Below, in pieces: positions 25,115 to 38,482 of a DNA stretch of 64,000 nucleotides. The first letter of the stretch is position 1. Each line of letters opens with the position of its first letter. Under the pieces are notes generated by a model. It saw nothing but the letters and a program-made list of their open reading frames with translations. It did not search any database and was not told the origin of the DNA. Location: assembly GCA_010356995.1 (NCBI GenBank), contig ML996700.1, positions 1 through 64,000 of the forward strand, given 5' to 3'. This DNA comes from Trichodelitschia bisporula (Eukaryota). The translations under genes were made by a program, and so were the position numbers.

Positions 25115-27177
25115 TCACAGCCTCGCCTTCCCAGCCCCTAATCGGCCCCAAAGCCCCCTCGTAAACGGCACATACCCATCCCCCAGCAGCACAAACACAG
25201 GATCATCCCCTGTCGCATCCGGATCGATGCCCTCCTTCCGCAGCCCAACCTTACTCTGCTTATGCGTGTTATTCATCGACGGCTCCGCAACGAAGCGCAG
25301 GAACACCGGCACCGCATAGCCAGGCAGATCCTTCCGCGCATGTCTGCCACTTATCAGCCGTACCCAAAGTCACCGCAAGGCAAACTCACCGCAACAGCGC
25401 CGCTAAATCGAAGCTCCCCAGACTCACGCCCTCAGCGAGCGTGATAGCCGCACACCCCGCCCGCCCATCATGCCCCGGCACCAACACGCCATACACATTC
25501 GCATCCAACACGCCCGGAAACGCCCCCAAGCAAGCACCTACTTCCGCGGTAGCTACATTCTCGCTCTTCCACCGGAACGTATCCCCCAGCCGATCCACGA
25601 ACTGCCACCGCCCGTCGTCGTCCCGCCGCAATGCGTCCCCGCTGCGGTAGAACAGATCTCCCGCCTTAAAAACCGACCGCTCGAAGCGCTTCCCGCTTGC
25701 GGTGGCGTCGTTGTAGTACCCGAGAAAAGCGGCCGTGCTGGGGACTGCGACGAGGACTTCCCCGCCCACGGCGTAGGGCTGGCGCAGCGCGAACCCCGTG
25801 CCTGGGTCGCGGATCATGGCACCCGTGTCCGGGTCTACGGCTACCGGGACGTAGGTGTCCTTGAAGCGGTGCCGCAGGAGCGCGCCGTGGTGCGCAATGG
25901 CGTTGGCGAGAAAATCGCCCCGCGCGTGGTTTACGAACGTCAGCACGCCCTCCGTACTCCCGAACAACTCCGCAATCTCAGGTATGCCAAACCGCTCCCG
26001 GAACGGGATCCACACGTCGGGACGGAGGCCGTTGCCGTACATCACCCGGATTTTGTGTACCTTGTCCTCGGGCGAGAGGGGGAGGGTAAGCAGGTACCGG
26101 CACACTTCGCCGACGTACACGAAACCCGTGCTCTGCGACGCGCGGATTTCGGGCCAGAAGGTGCGGAGAGAGAAGCGCTTCCTTTAGGCTTTTGGTCAGT
26201 AGCCGAGACACAGGAAAGGGAGAGGCGGGGAGGAACCGGGGCGCATACCCAATAGCAACCGGCACGCCCATCAACACACTCGCCATAACCAGCGACCCCG
26301 CCGTCGCATGGCACATGGGCATACAGATATACCACTTATCCCCGCTCGGCACCGGCCTGAGCCCGAAATCCGCGAACTTCCCGTGAACGAACATGTACGT
26401 CCGGCTCACGGGCGTGCGCACCGCTTTCGGGAAGCCAGTTGTGCCCTGCCGGTATCAGCGCCGTCACATACGAGTAGTTGATGCCAGCCTACGCTCGTGT
26501 ACCGCAACGCGAGCGTTGCGCTCCCGTCGCCCTTGTCCCGCCCTTCCCGCGCCAGGCCCTCGTCCGCAGGGAGTGAAGCGACGGCGTCGCGCACCGCGGC
26601 GGTGAGCAGCACGACGTCTAGCCCCGCCGCTATGTCGCTAGTAAACCGATCGGCTAGCTCTTCCTCGACGAGCACGACGCGCGCCTTTGCGACTTTCAAG
26701 CAATGCACCAGCGCCTCGCCCACCAGGTTGTAATTCACCATCGCGGGGTACGCACCAATAACCAACAACCCCAACCAAGCACATATAAACTCCGCACTGT
26801 TCATCAGAAAGAACCCCACCGCCTCATTCTCCTTCACTCCCCTGGCGCGGAACCACGCAGCCCATTGCAGCGCTGAGGACCGGACTTGCGCGCGGGTCCA
26901 GGTGCGTGCGGGTGTCCAGAGCATTTCGACATTGGGGTGAGTGGTGGTTAGGGTGGTGAGCGTGGTGAAGGGGGAGAGGGACCGGGAAGCGAGGGCGGAC
27001 TCGAAGCGTGCTGTGTTCTGACGCGTGGTTATGATGGTTTTGAGGTCTTTTGCGATGTGGAACTTGGCGTTGAGATAGGCGCCGACGCCGGCGGTTAGGG
27101 CGGTGGTTGCGGCGAGGGCTGGGGGGGTTAGCCTTGGTGGGTTACTGTAAGTGGGGAGGGGGCATACGGAGGGCCAT
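25115..27177 (-). CDS. FATP/Fat1-like very-long-chain acyl-CoA synthetase with C-terminal PTS1 (ARL), multi-exon
   Basis: YTSGTTGFPK across an intron, YVGEVCRYL, GNGLRPDVW, DRLGDTFRWKSENV, DGRAGCAA. The protein ends GKARL. Confidence 0.92.
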
Positions 27178-27882
27178 GATACTGGTGGTGGGTTCTGGTA
27201 TGGGACTGTTGTGGAGCGCGTGGGTTGGCGCGATGAAGCTAAGGTACGAAGGTGTGGGGAGGACTAGAGAGAGTTGCCATGGTGTTTACGACCCCTCATG
27301 GCGCACCCGAGGTGATGTCCCCTGGTCGCCATGCAGAGGTTCCCCGCTCTCGTATGCGCACGCGGTCTCGGGGTGATGGTCGGTGCAGGGCCGGCTGGGG
27401 AGGGAGGAGTGTCCCGAAAGCGGCATCATGATGTATTATGCTACTTTTTCATCTCAATTGATTCAGCTAGAGCTCGTATATGCATCAAATAGTCTTCAAT
27501 AGGCCCTTTGAGCGTCTTCAACTGTCCATCTCTAACCATCAAGCCCGCCGTTGAACCGTCCGGGTTCCCCGCAAAGCAGGGATGAAAGTGGGGTGACCTT
27601 CCCTATCGGGGCAGGGCGGGGCAGACGATCGGCCCGAGAGGCTGCATGCCCCAGGCATTCATCCAGCCTCGCCGAAACTACCCGTCACTTCTCAACTCAA
27701 TTCTCCACGCTCCATCAGAAAACGGCAATTACCATTCCAAAGCCTACATAGCAGCGAGCACTTCGCCTCTCAACCCATTAAATCAATCCTAGAAACCTCA
27801 TTGCCCGTTTTCCAAGCAATCCCACCTCGCTAAAGTACGCCCCACCCCCAACACCCAACACCACCCAAAAAATGCACCCCAT

Positions 27883-30024
27883 CTACCGACCAGGCAAATA
27901 CCCCGGCCCCGTCGGACTCCCCTGCGGCACAGGAAAATACCCCGGCTGTGGTTGTGCATACTGCCCCTGCCGCCCATAATCATACGGCGGCGCCCCTCCT
28001 TGCCCGCCATAGCCAGGACTCACCCCCGGCGCCCCGCCTCCCTGCCCGCCATACCCCGGACTCACCCCCGGCGGACTCGGCCCCGGCGGACTCTGTCCAT
28101 ACCCCCAAGTCGGCGGACTCGGTCCGGCTTGCATATGCTGCGGCGGGGGGCTCGCGCCGTGCGGACTCGGACTCCCGGTGTACGGCGGCTTGTCCAGGCT
28201 GGGACTCGCCTTGTGCACCGCGCCTGGTGGGGGCGACGCGTACCCGTATCCAGCGGCGGCGGGGAGTTCGGAGGGCGGGTAGGAATCGGGGAGTTGCACC
28301 GGGGCTTGGGGGGGCGGGTAGTATTGCGGGGCGTGCGGGGATTGCGGGCCGTGGTACATTTCGGCGTGCGGCGGGGGTGGGGTGGCGGCGGCGGCGCGCC
28401 GGGCGCGGCGCTTTTTCAGGCAGACGAGGAGGAGGGCGAGGAGAGCGAGGAGGAGGATGCCGCCTGCGGCGGCGCCGCCGGCGATGGCGCCTATGTGCTT
28501 TGGTTTAGTGGAGGGGGAGTGGGTGGCGGGGCCAGTGGAGGTGGGGATTGCGCGGGTGGGTGTGCGGGCGGAGGCGGGTTGATAGGTGCGCTGGAAATAC
28601 GTCCCCAGATCGCGATAATCGTATCCCGCCTTGGGGGCGCGGAGCGTAGCGCCGCCGAGCGCGGTGCCGCCTATTTCGGCTGTGATTTCGCCGGGGACTT
28701 TGTAGCCCGTTTTATTCGGGGAGAAGAGGGCCCATTTCGCGTTATCTGAGTTTTGCTTTCCGAGGTCCATGTTGTGGAAGGCGAAGACGCCGGGGACGTC
28801 GCAGTCCGTGCTGTTGGGGAAGGTACCTCCCATGACGAGCATTTGCGCACCGTCGACGACGGTGCACGACAGGCTGTGGTGCGGGTAGCCCTGGCCTGGC
28901 TCGGTGGGGTACCATTTTATCCAGGTGAAGGAGGGGAGGGAGAGGATGTAGATGTCGTCGAAGCCGACGGTGTTGGGCGGCATGGACGCGCCGCCGTACA
29001 GGTAGATGTTGTAGCTGGACTGGTCCTGGGCCCAGGTGGCGCCGGCGCAGAAACGGCGGCGCATGTCCGGGACGTTTCCGGTTGCTGTTTGCGTGTACCA
29101 CTTTGCGTTTGCGATGTCGTAGAGGAAGATTTGCTTTGCGCGGTTAGTGGGTGGGGTGGGGTTGGCAAGGGGGGCTTACGCTCATGGGCACGCCGGTCCA
29201 TGTCCCGTTGTTGTACGCCTGCTGCACGCCGCCGAAATACACGAGCATGCCCCCGTCGCTGGCGGGGATGTACACCATCACGCCCTCGGCGCGGCCGATG
29301 GAGTCCGGCCCTGTGGTGTTGGTCCATGTATTCTTAAGCATGTTGTACGTGAGCAGGTTGGAGAGCGCAACCTGGGGCGGGCCGAAAGACGGAACGGTCG
29401 CGTTGTTCAGCCATCCGCCGTACCAGAAGGCCATGCCGGTTTGCTGCTGGACGGCGCCGGCACCGAAGGAGGCGCGTTGGATCCCGCTTTGCGTCACGTC
29501 GGGTGGGAGAGAGGCCCATTTGTCGTATATTGCGTCGTATTGCCACATGGTGAAGCCCTCCGGGCTACCTTGGAACTCGCCGCCATAGAGATAGAAGTAC
29601 TTGTTGACAGTGTCGGGCCAGAGAATGCCGCCAGCGACGGAGGGCACGGAAGCCGGCTTCGTGAGGTTGTTGTATTCATTGGGCATGCCCTGATTATCGA
29701 CATTGAGGTCAGCATAGAGGAGGTTCGTATCTGCGAGAGAAGTCAATTAAAAGCTCGTGTCAGCAACGCGATGAGCCATACTCGTGTAGTTGAGCGGGTT
29801 CTGAGGTATCGGGTTGTAGTTAATCAGCCCGCCATCGATATATAGCCTAAGCGGGAGATCAGCATCTGACGCACGCCATTGCGGAGCCGCGCTCACTTGT
29901 GATCGACAAGCGCCGTCTGATGTCCAAACCGGCGACAAAAGTCCTTCAACGGGTCCTTCTGCTGGACCGAGAGGCCCACAAGCGCAGCAACGACGCTCAG
30001 CCGCAGCAGCACGGCGGTCACCAT
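27883..30024 (-). CDS. Type I membrane protein with extracellular kelch repeats and a P/G/Y/Q-rich cytoplasmic tail
   Basis: Signal peptide MVTAVLLRLSVVAALVGLS, DFCRRFGHQT, LYIDGG, FYLYGG, IYLYGG, YILSLPSFTW, and TM segment IAGGAAAGGILLLALLALLLVCL. Confidence 0.85.
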
Positions 30025-31495
30025 GGCGGCAGCTCTGCCGTTGTGAAAAGGCGACAACTATCACAACAAATCTCGATATGAATCAGAAATACGACGATCT
30101 GAAGCTCAAAAATCGTCAAGCTAGATCCAGGACACGGGAACGGAAGGTTGATGATGTGGAGACGGAGCTGCCAGCGGAGGGATGGGCTGGAGAGGTCCTG
30201 GTTCATTGCCAGTGGTAACGCAGCGCCGCACCCATTGTCCCACGCTGCAGGCGGGTGCCCTGCTGGGCGAGCCTTGGGGAGAGGTGCCGGTCTGTATGGC
30301 GGACAAAGCAAATAGCGCCCGTCGCCTGCGATTGCGCCAACAACGACAGGCTAGGAAATATTTGGCGGGCCGGAGCAGTGGTTCTCGACGATGTGGCGCT
30401 CAGGAGCAAATATGAGACGCTCATAGACGAGGAAGGCTGCACGCAGAGATTCAGATGCTGTGAATAGCTGCCTTCACAGCCTTTCGACGACCCTTCCGCA
30501 CTCTCTGCAAAGGGCTGGCAGTTCAAGATTCCCTATCTCCCATCATCAAGGAGGATTTTCAGCTCATATCCATATCTCGACCGTCTAACGGCGATCGCCA
30601 ACGCTCCCTCGGCGAGTAGCGGAGCAAACAACCAGATCAGGCCGGCAACAGCGAGAATGAAGACATTTTCACTGGCGTTGTGTGGAACATCCAGGCGGTG
30701 CAGGCGGTGCAGCATTCATGCACGTTCAGGCCTCAACCAGCCAATGATTGGGCGGAGGCGAAGTTCAGCGCCTTCAGCTGTGGCTTGGTATGATTGACTA
30801 AGGGGCAGTGGGGGCTGTGGAGGCCGTACGGAGCAGTCCACTCGCACATCGTCGACGATACTGCGCCATTAGCATTCGCGATCGTTTATCTCGTTACTGA
30901 AGAACTTGGAAGATCGTGAGGTTGGAATGTCGCAAATGAGATGCCTAACCCGGTTCGAAGAAGCCGAATCGACATCAGCTCCGTCGATACCGTACAGTGA
31001 CCAGTGCCCACGCCCTCAGCCCGACCAGCAAACCCGGAGGAATGCCTTCCCTCTCCCTCCCCCCTCGCGCCCCTCGTCCGAGGCCCGCTGCATGTACGCG
31101 ACGTCACACAACCTCCTTGCACACCGAACCCGGCACCCGACGCGTTGTTCCCTCCGAACCCCCCGACGCAGCGTCACCGCAGCATGAAAGCAAACCCTAA
31201 CCAAGCAAGCAAGAACGTATGCCTTCCGCTCTATTATCCTATCAGAGTCTATGCGGTTACGATAGCCAGACACTCTTCACCATTACCAGGGTATCCTTTT
31301 CACGCGCCGCCCGTGTCTCGCGCCGCGCCGCGCCGCCAGCCTAGCCCAGTGGGGAACATGCCCGACCCGGCCCGGACGGGACGTTTATGGCTCCCACGCG
31401 ACTTCCGCTGCCCGCCGCTCTTCTCCCCGGAGCTGTTCCCGAGACGGCCCTTTTTGCCGCTTCGCGCGTTGCACCAATCGACGTGCACCGCTTCT

Positions 31496-33252
31496 TCACG
31501 CGCGGATCATGAGATCCCATCCCTTGTGCGCCACCCGCGCGCCAAACATCAGACACGTCCCCGCAATCGTCATCACCCCGCCGTAGATCCAGACATCCTT
31601 ATAATCGCTCGCGGCGAGGATGGCGCCCGCAATCGGCGCCCCGATGAGCACGCCGATGGCCGTAGCCGAGAAGCACATGCCCATGCGCGTGCCGATGAGG
31701 CCGCGATTCGGGCTCAGATGAACAATGATGCTCGGCGGGAGGCTGACGAAGGTACCGGAGAAGAAGCCAAAGAGCACGGTGAAGGTAATCATGCCGCCGA
31801 CATTGTGCACCGCCATCAGCGTCAGGATGAGCACGCCGGACATGAGCGCGCACGGCAGGATCATGTTCATCGGGCCGACGTGGTCGGCGAGCATGTTGGG
31901 CAGGATGCGGCCGAAGGTGGAGGCGGAGTTTAGGATGCTGAGCAGGTAGAAGGCGAGGTTTTCGTTGGTGATGTGCTTGGCGATGGCGTAGGACTGCATG
32001 TAGAAGAAGGGGGCGTAGATGCCGATGAAGCCGACGAAGGCGCCGAGGATGAAGAGCATGAAGGGGAGAGAGCGAAAGGCGGTCCAGTCTACCAGGGGCC
32101 GCTTGCTGGCGGGCAGTACGCGCACCTTCATGACGAGGTTGGGGACGAGCAGCGTTACTAGGACGATGAACCCGATGGTTCGGACTGACCAGCCGAAGCC
32201 GACCTGGTTGATTAAGCGGTAGAGGATGATCGGGTACAGAACACCGCCTAGGCTTGTTAGTGAAGAAATCGGAGGAAGCGATCCACATACCTAAACTACT
32301 CCCGGAGGCAGCAATGCCGGTCGCAAGAGCCAGATGGCTGGTGAAGTACGTCGACAAGATAGCCACGCCAGGCACAAACAGGCACGCAGACCCGATGCCG
32401 ATGCAAAAGCCCTGCGCGAGCAGCACTTGCCAGTATTGGGTGCAGAGACTGAGCATCATATGGCCAAAGACGTTGAGGAATGTGCCGACAATCAGCAACT
32501 CGCGAAAATATCCGGCATCGTACACAGGCCCCGTAAGCGCACCGACGAACATCATCATGAAGGACTGGATGCTGCCGATCCAGCTGATATTGGAGGGGCT
32601 CGATGTGTGGAGGAGGCCGATCTGGTACGACGTCTGGTAGACGCCAAATGTATTTACGATTCCCCTGCAGAATGACCGTTAGCCTTGTGTTCTTTGCGAC
32701 GTGATAATTGGCGGTCTACGGTCCGCAAACTGAGACCATCCGTTCTTCACCAAGAAGCGCGGCGCCAATTGGCCTAGCAAGGCTGACGTTGGTTTCAACG
32801 CCACGCTTAGATAATTGCGCCAGCGAAAGGAGGTACGTCGTGATCAGCGTCTGACGACGTATATGTACTCCGCACCCGTCCTCTCGTCCGCTTTCATGCG
32901 CAAGGGAAAGAGAAAGAGAAATCGACAACACTTACCAAGTATTGAAGAAGATGAAAAAGGCCCCGGCGACCTGGAGCCATGCCGTGAGGCCTCCATTCGG
33001 TACCGCCGCGACATCGCTGACGCTGTGCATCTTCTTCACTCCACCTCCATCCTGTTGTCCGACGCCTTGCTCTTCATCCCTCTCCTGCAGTGATTCTTGA
33101 ACCGAGATGGCTACCTCCTCTTCCTCGCTCTCTCTCCCGTCCGTCTTCTCGCCCAAATCCAGCGCCTTGTCCTCCGACGGGTTTACCGAGTCGGACGCAT
33201 TCGTCGGCGTCGACCTCTTCTCGTTGTCGAACTCAGACGCAGATGCAGGCAT
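31496..33252 (-). CDS. MFS monocarboxylate-porter (MCH-like) transporter, 3 exons
   Basis: PNGGLTAWLQV, NTWGIVNTFGVYQ, SWIGSIQ, GIAASGSSLGG, STFGRILP, GTRMGM. First intron is 32665-32935. Confidence 0.93.
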
Positions 33253-35697
33253 GGCAGCGGCGTGGCGTGGCGGATATAACGCGGCGGTAAGCGAAGTCAG
33301 GCTGGCGAATCCGGCTCGGGGGTCGCAAAAAAGGTGACGTCCAGGGCTGAATATCCTAGAACAAAACCCAATCGACGTCTAAACAACCAGATTGACAAAG
33401 GAATAAATATCTCGAAAAGTGAAGAACCGTGGAAAAGAAGTGGCGACAGAAAAGCCATAAGCACGCCGCATCCTCCAGACTATATACAAGTACTACCAAA
33501 CCCGCCCGCAGAGACGATCCAGAAGCTAACGGTCTTCCTTCCCCTCCCTGACGTTCCCGTGCCCCCCTCGCGTTGACGAGGCGTGGCGTAGCGCGCTTGC
33601 ACATCGCGGGCGCGGGCCCACCATCCAGCTGCCGCACTCCCGGTCGCGGACGAGCCGACGCCGCTGCCCACTCGCTGTTCCCAAAGCCGGTGTCCACATT
33701 CGAGTCACACGCTTGTGATTCCCTGAGAAGGCGGATGCTGACCAAACGATAGCATCGCCTCAACCCCCCGGTTTTCGATACCCTGCCAACCCAGCAAAAG
33801 GGCGTGCGAAACAGCCGCAAGTGTCGCTGGCTTACCCGGGTTTAGTGTGCGGAGGTAAGATGGCGCCGCCGACGCGCACCCGGATCTCGGCACGTGGAGT
33901 CGACGCCATCTCGATCTGGGATGTTTACCGCCGAAGGTGGTAATACGGATATCAATCCTCGCGTCAATCATATGCCGTCAGATCAGTAACCATATCGTCT
34001 TCACCGCACCTTTTCGTCGGCGCCGCATCCCCAGATCACGGCCCTAGGGACAATGAAAGGCCGTTCGGATAGTTAACCAGTATCAAACCCCCGGCCTCGG
34101 ATCCGAACCTGACGCCAAGGATAAGAAACAGTGGCGCGGAATCGTGCCGCTTCCCGTCTGTGCGGGGTTCGGCGCGGGCCTTTTTGCGGGATGTTGTCAG
34201 GCTAGCCAACGAGATGGAGGTGGAGATGCGCAGTGAATGCTTGTTTGGTGATTTCGGGAGTCTGTCGTTAACGCCGATTCGTAACTTAAAAAAGCTTTGC
34301 CGAAGAATGTTTGTCTATCGCCCAAGTGGAGGAGGGCACGAGCTTCCCGATGGCCATCAAAAGCGGATGTCAACGAATCGCCGAAGGATGCCATCCTCCT
34401 AGATCGTAACAAGCTATTCGTGGCGCCAGAGCCGACCTCACGGAAATGCGCAGAAGTGCGCCAGAACTAGAATCTGAGACGCGTGCGCAATCCCATTGTC
34501 CAGGCTACGCATCCCACAAGAAGCATCCTACCAGATTCGGGATCGGATAGGTTGAAGTCTTGGAGCACAACATCGCCAGGACTTGGCCGATTCCGACGGA
34601 TGAACCATCGATGGAAGGCGTAGCCGGGCCAGCATCATTAAACTTTGCACTCGCTAACACCGAGGTGTCGGCTTTACGTTGGGGGGCTGCTCGATGGCTG
34701 TAGCCTAGATATTCAACGAATGCAATCTGCAAAGCATATCAGCACCTCATCGCAGCAGCTCCACGTTCACGAAGTGTTTCAAGACGTCCCGATGAAGCAA
34801 TCGGTCATAAGAATCGGCGTTTACACTGCTGCCCCTAGCAAGCCGCAAAAACGCCATCGATGCAAGTGCCAAGGCATGTCAGCGAATCATGCATGCCCCT
34901 TGCACCGTGATGGCAACCGGGTTCCAATGCATGGGAGAGGAGGATTGGAAATGCAGATTTGGAGATGGTTGTCCGTGTTCGTAAATCCGTTTAGTCGAGT
35001 GCGTGCGGTGCAGTATTGGAGACACAGCAAGGATAGCTCGGACGCTTCAGCTGTCCTTACAAATGACCTCATTGTCGGACGGCTTCCCTATGCGGTTCGC
35101 TAGCTTTTCTTGTAAAAGTCAGTGATGCCCCAGCCTTGTCCTTCGTTACAGATTCCTTACTCCCCGACTGGCCCCGCAGGATCACTGAACTGTAGTGATC
35201 CTCGATATACGGAGTGTGCCCCGCCCCAAAAATATGGAGGTGCAGGGTTGATAGAGTCTTCCTGGAGGAAGCGGCTCTATCAGAACTTCACTCAGGAGGA
35301 GCCATCATGGCAAGGCCCTCTCGAAGCAGGATCAAAACCACACCTGCATGTAGGTATGATGGTATATTACGAAAAACTTTTTAGATCCGGCCTTGAGCAG
35401 CCAAATCATGCGGTCGTCTCTATATGATGACCCGAAGCCCAATGAAGAATATCTCATCCATTGGAAGCCCAACCACGCATGTATACCCATCCTTCCTCTG
35501 AAGCATGTATTGGATTACTTGCGCCTTTTAAGCTGCCGCCGACGTTATCCTCATCAGCGGCATATGCTGTCCCTAACGCCTTACTGTCCGCCATCGCCAT
35601 GCCAGATCACTATACCACCCAATGATAACAAAGCCCTACGCCAGTTTCCACCTTTTCCCCCAAATCCGAACACCGTATAAAGCCGAACTGACGTTCC

Positions 35698-38482
35698 TTA
35701 ACGCCGAGTAGGCATCTTGACCACAGGGGCCACATCATCCGAGTTCCAAGCCGGGGCGCCTGGAAGAACCAAAGTCGAGGATTTGCCCTTCTTGTGCATC
35801 GCATTCGAAGGCGGGGATTCGCCTGGGTCAGATGACTTGCGGGAAGCCTTGCGGGCGGCCTTGGCGTACGCCTTGTGGGGCTTCCGACCCGTAGGCGACT
35901 TGTTGTACTTCTGACGAGACGTGGCAGAAGAAGCGTTGCTTGTCTTGCGATAATGTTCCTGTCTCTGTTCCGGAACAAATTCCTCGAACTTCGCAGGAAT
36001 GGAGGACGGAGCCGGCTCACGAACGGGCTCCTGGAGTAGTCGAATGGACTCCTGCAGCTGCTCGCGGACAGTGGCCTCGAGCTGTCCAACAAGAGGGTCA
36101 GCCGTCTGCTGAGGAGTGCGGTGCTCAGAAGAAGGCACCTGGACTGGATGATGGCCAGGTCCATGGTAGTTCTCAGTTTTGTCAACTGCATTGAATGCAT
36201 TTACCGGAGTCCCATGGAATGACCCCCGAGTCTGGCCGTGAGCAGGGCTCTGGAAGCCTTGAGACATGCCAGTACCTGGAGCCTGGAAACCGCCATGCGA
36301 CATGTAGTCTGGAACGTCCATGGGGTATGGATTGGACTCTGGGCGGCTCGGAGGGGCATCGAATTGCTCCGACCAGAGTTGGCCATCCTGGGTCATCGAG
36401 TTGTGCTGCGCCTGTACGGGGTCCTCATGGGCGTTATGCGAGAAGAGACCCTGATCCTGAGCCCGGCGGATGACAAACTGCGACGGGTGCTCAGGCTTGA
36501 AGACGACGCGTTCCTTGAAAAAAATGATTTCCCATTTGACCGGATCGGCGAGGACAGCATCGCGGCACTGGTACATGGCGAGGGCTCGACGGTTCTCACG
36601 CTCAGTGATGATCTGGTCCATGAGCTGGGACAGGCCAGTGGTACCGAGACGATCTGCAAGAATGGCAGATTCGAAGAACACACCGAGAACGTCGAAGGGC
36701 AGCGAGAGCAGAATCGAAGACAAGATCGATGTGATAAAGCTCGGTTCACCGGTCTGAGCCTGACCAAAGTGGATGGAGCGAAGCAGATGGTTAGTCGCCC
36801 CAGAGCCACGCTGATCTCCAGTGACACCGGGCAGAATGGGGTTATCTTCAAGCTGAGGTGCACCAGTATCCAGAGTGAAAGTCGGAGGGAAGCCGTGCGC
36901 CATGAAGTCGAGAACCCGGATGAGCAAGTCCCCGGCCAGGTCTCCATGGAAAGCAGGACGATCATCGAAGGGATTCGGGGTACCGGGAGTCATCAGATGG
37001 CGCCGCGCAAGCTCAACCCATTCCGGGCTCACGCGATTCCGAAGACAGAAAGAGAGCGCAAACTCAATGGTGTCCCAGCGAACGAGCAACTTAGCACCCT
37101 CAAGTCCTTGCATAGCGATGGGCGGGACCTGAAGGAACATCCCAGCTGACATGTACTGAAGGCAGTCGGACATGCGCGAAAGGGCCTTTTGGGCGTACTC
37201 TGGCTCAGAATCTGCCTTAAAAGGGAGCAGTCCAAGCGTGAGCATCGGAGCACTCATCAAAGGCGCGCCGTACAAATGTTGAAGGGACTGCGCGACCGTG
37301 CGAGCTGGAAGAAACTTGCTGTTCTCGAGACGGATACTCAGAACCTTAAGCCCGTCCTTGTACTTGAGGGGTTCACGAGAGTGATCCACAATGGCCTGGA
37401 GCATGGTCGGGCTTCTAGCCAGGAATACCTGATGGAAAGGGAGGCTGCAGACCGGCGTGTCGGCGTCGCCTTCGTAGATCTCAACCCAGGTATCAGCGAA
37501 CTGGCGGTTCCCAAGCTGGCTCATCAGGTAGTTCTTCAGATCGAGAGCAGCCTGAATCTCGTAGTACGCAGGGCCATGAGGAGCAGCCGGGGTATGGTGT
37601 CCGCCGAAGGTGGGCGAGGCCGCATGGACGTTGCCCGACTGGACAGGCCCATGGAATGTACCACCGTACGACGAATGGGAATTGGCTCTAGCCATATCTT
37701 CACCATTGGAAACAACCTGTTCCGGCAGAGGCGGCGCAGGAACATAGTGCTCAGGATTATGACCGGTATGGATGACAGGAGGAAATCCGGGGAGCACGAG
37801 ACCCTGCGGGGCTGGATGAGGGAGACCCGGCGGCGGAAACCCCATAGCGTGTCCATATCCGCCATGATGAATGGGACTGTTATGATAGCTCTCTTCAGGG
37901 GTACTGTCATATGTACCGGCGAAAGCACCGAACGCCATGCCCGCAGGCACCGGACGCGGCTGGCGTAAGTGCTCGTAGTCTGGAGCACGCATCTCGACCG
38001 GGATCGCCACTGTGGAGTCGTCTTCGGGCGTCGAAGTGGCCGAGTTATCTTCGGGAATCTCATTGCCAGCAGTCGCGGGAGCGGGGGTATCAACTACTTC
38101 GGGAACATTAGCTTTTGCGAACAGAATTATATACCGGGGGGGGGGGGGGGGACATACCATGGGTAGTGGCTGTCTCCTGGTCTCCTTGGGGAGCAGCGCT
38201 GGGTGTGTTCTCGCGATGAATCGCCGAATTGACAGACTCTGGAGTAAGAGGTGCGTCCGTAGAGTTTGAGGAAGGGCCTTCGGCGCCGTTGGTCGCGTAT
38301 GAAGCCTCCGAGTCATCATTCTTCTCCGGGGGCGTAGAAGGGCGGCGTTCGGTATGCTTCTCTTTGCCCTGACGTTTGGCCATAAAGGTGAGAGGAATAA
38401 CTGGAATCACCCGCGCAGGTCGGCGCACGCCAGCCGTGTACAGTTCGGGGACGGGAGTGGCCATTTTCGACTGCGCAGCCAT
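35698..38482 (-). CDS. Large hypothetical protein with a central BTB/POZ-like domain and disordered termini, 2 exons
   Basis: 873-codon open frame with YLMSQLGNRQFAD...HQVFLARSPTML...LQHLYG, which resembles the start of a BTB domain. First exon MAAQSK... is joined by an intron at about 38096-38157. Confidence 0.7.

Noticed and set aside
31193..31202. AACCCTAACC as a telomerase RNA template
   Set aside because: A 10-mer like this is expected by chance in 64 kb, and the same word occurs at ~19293 within a CDS. I saw no pseudoknot or CR4/5 support.
32728..32830. TPP-like words (CTGAGA ... GATAAT..CCAGCGAAAGG) in the MFS intron
   Set aside because: They lie antisense to the host transcript and the spacing does not fit the aptamer.
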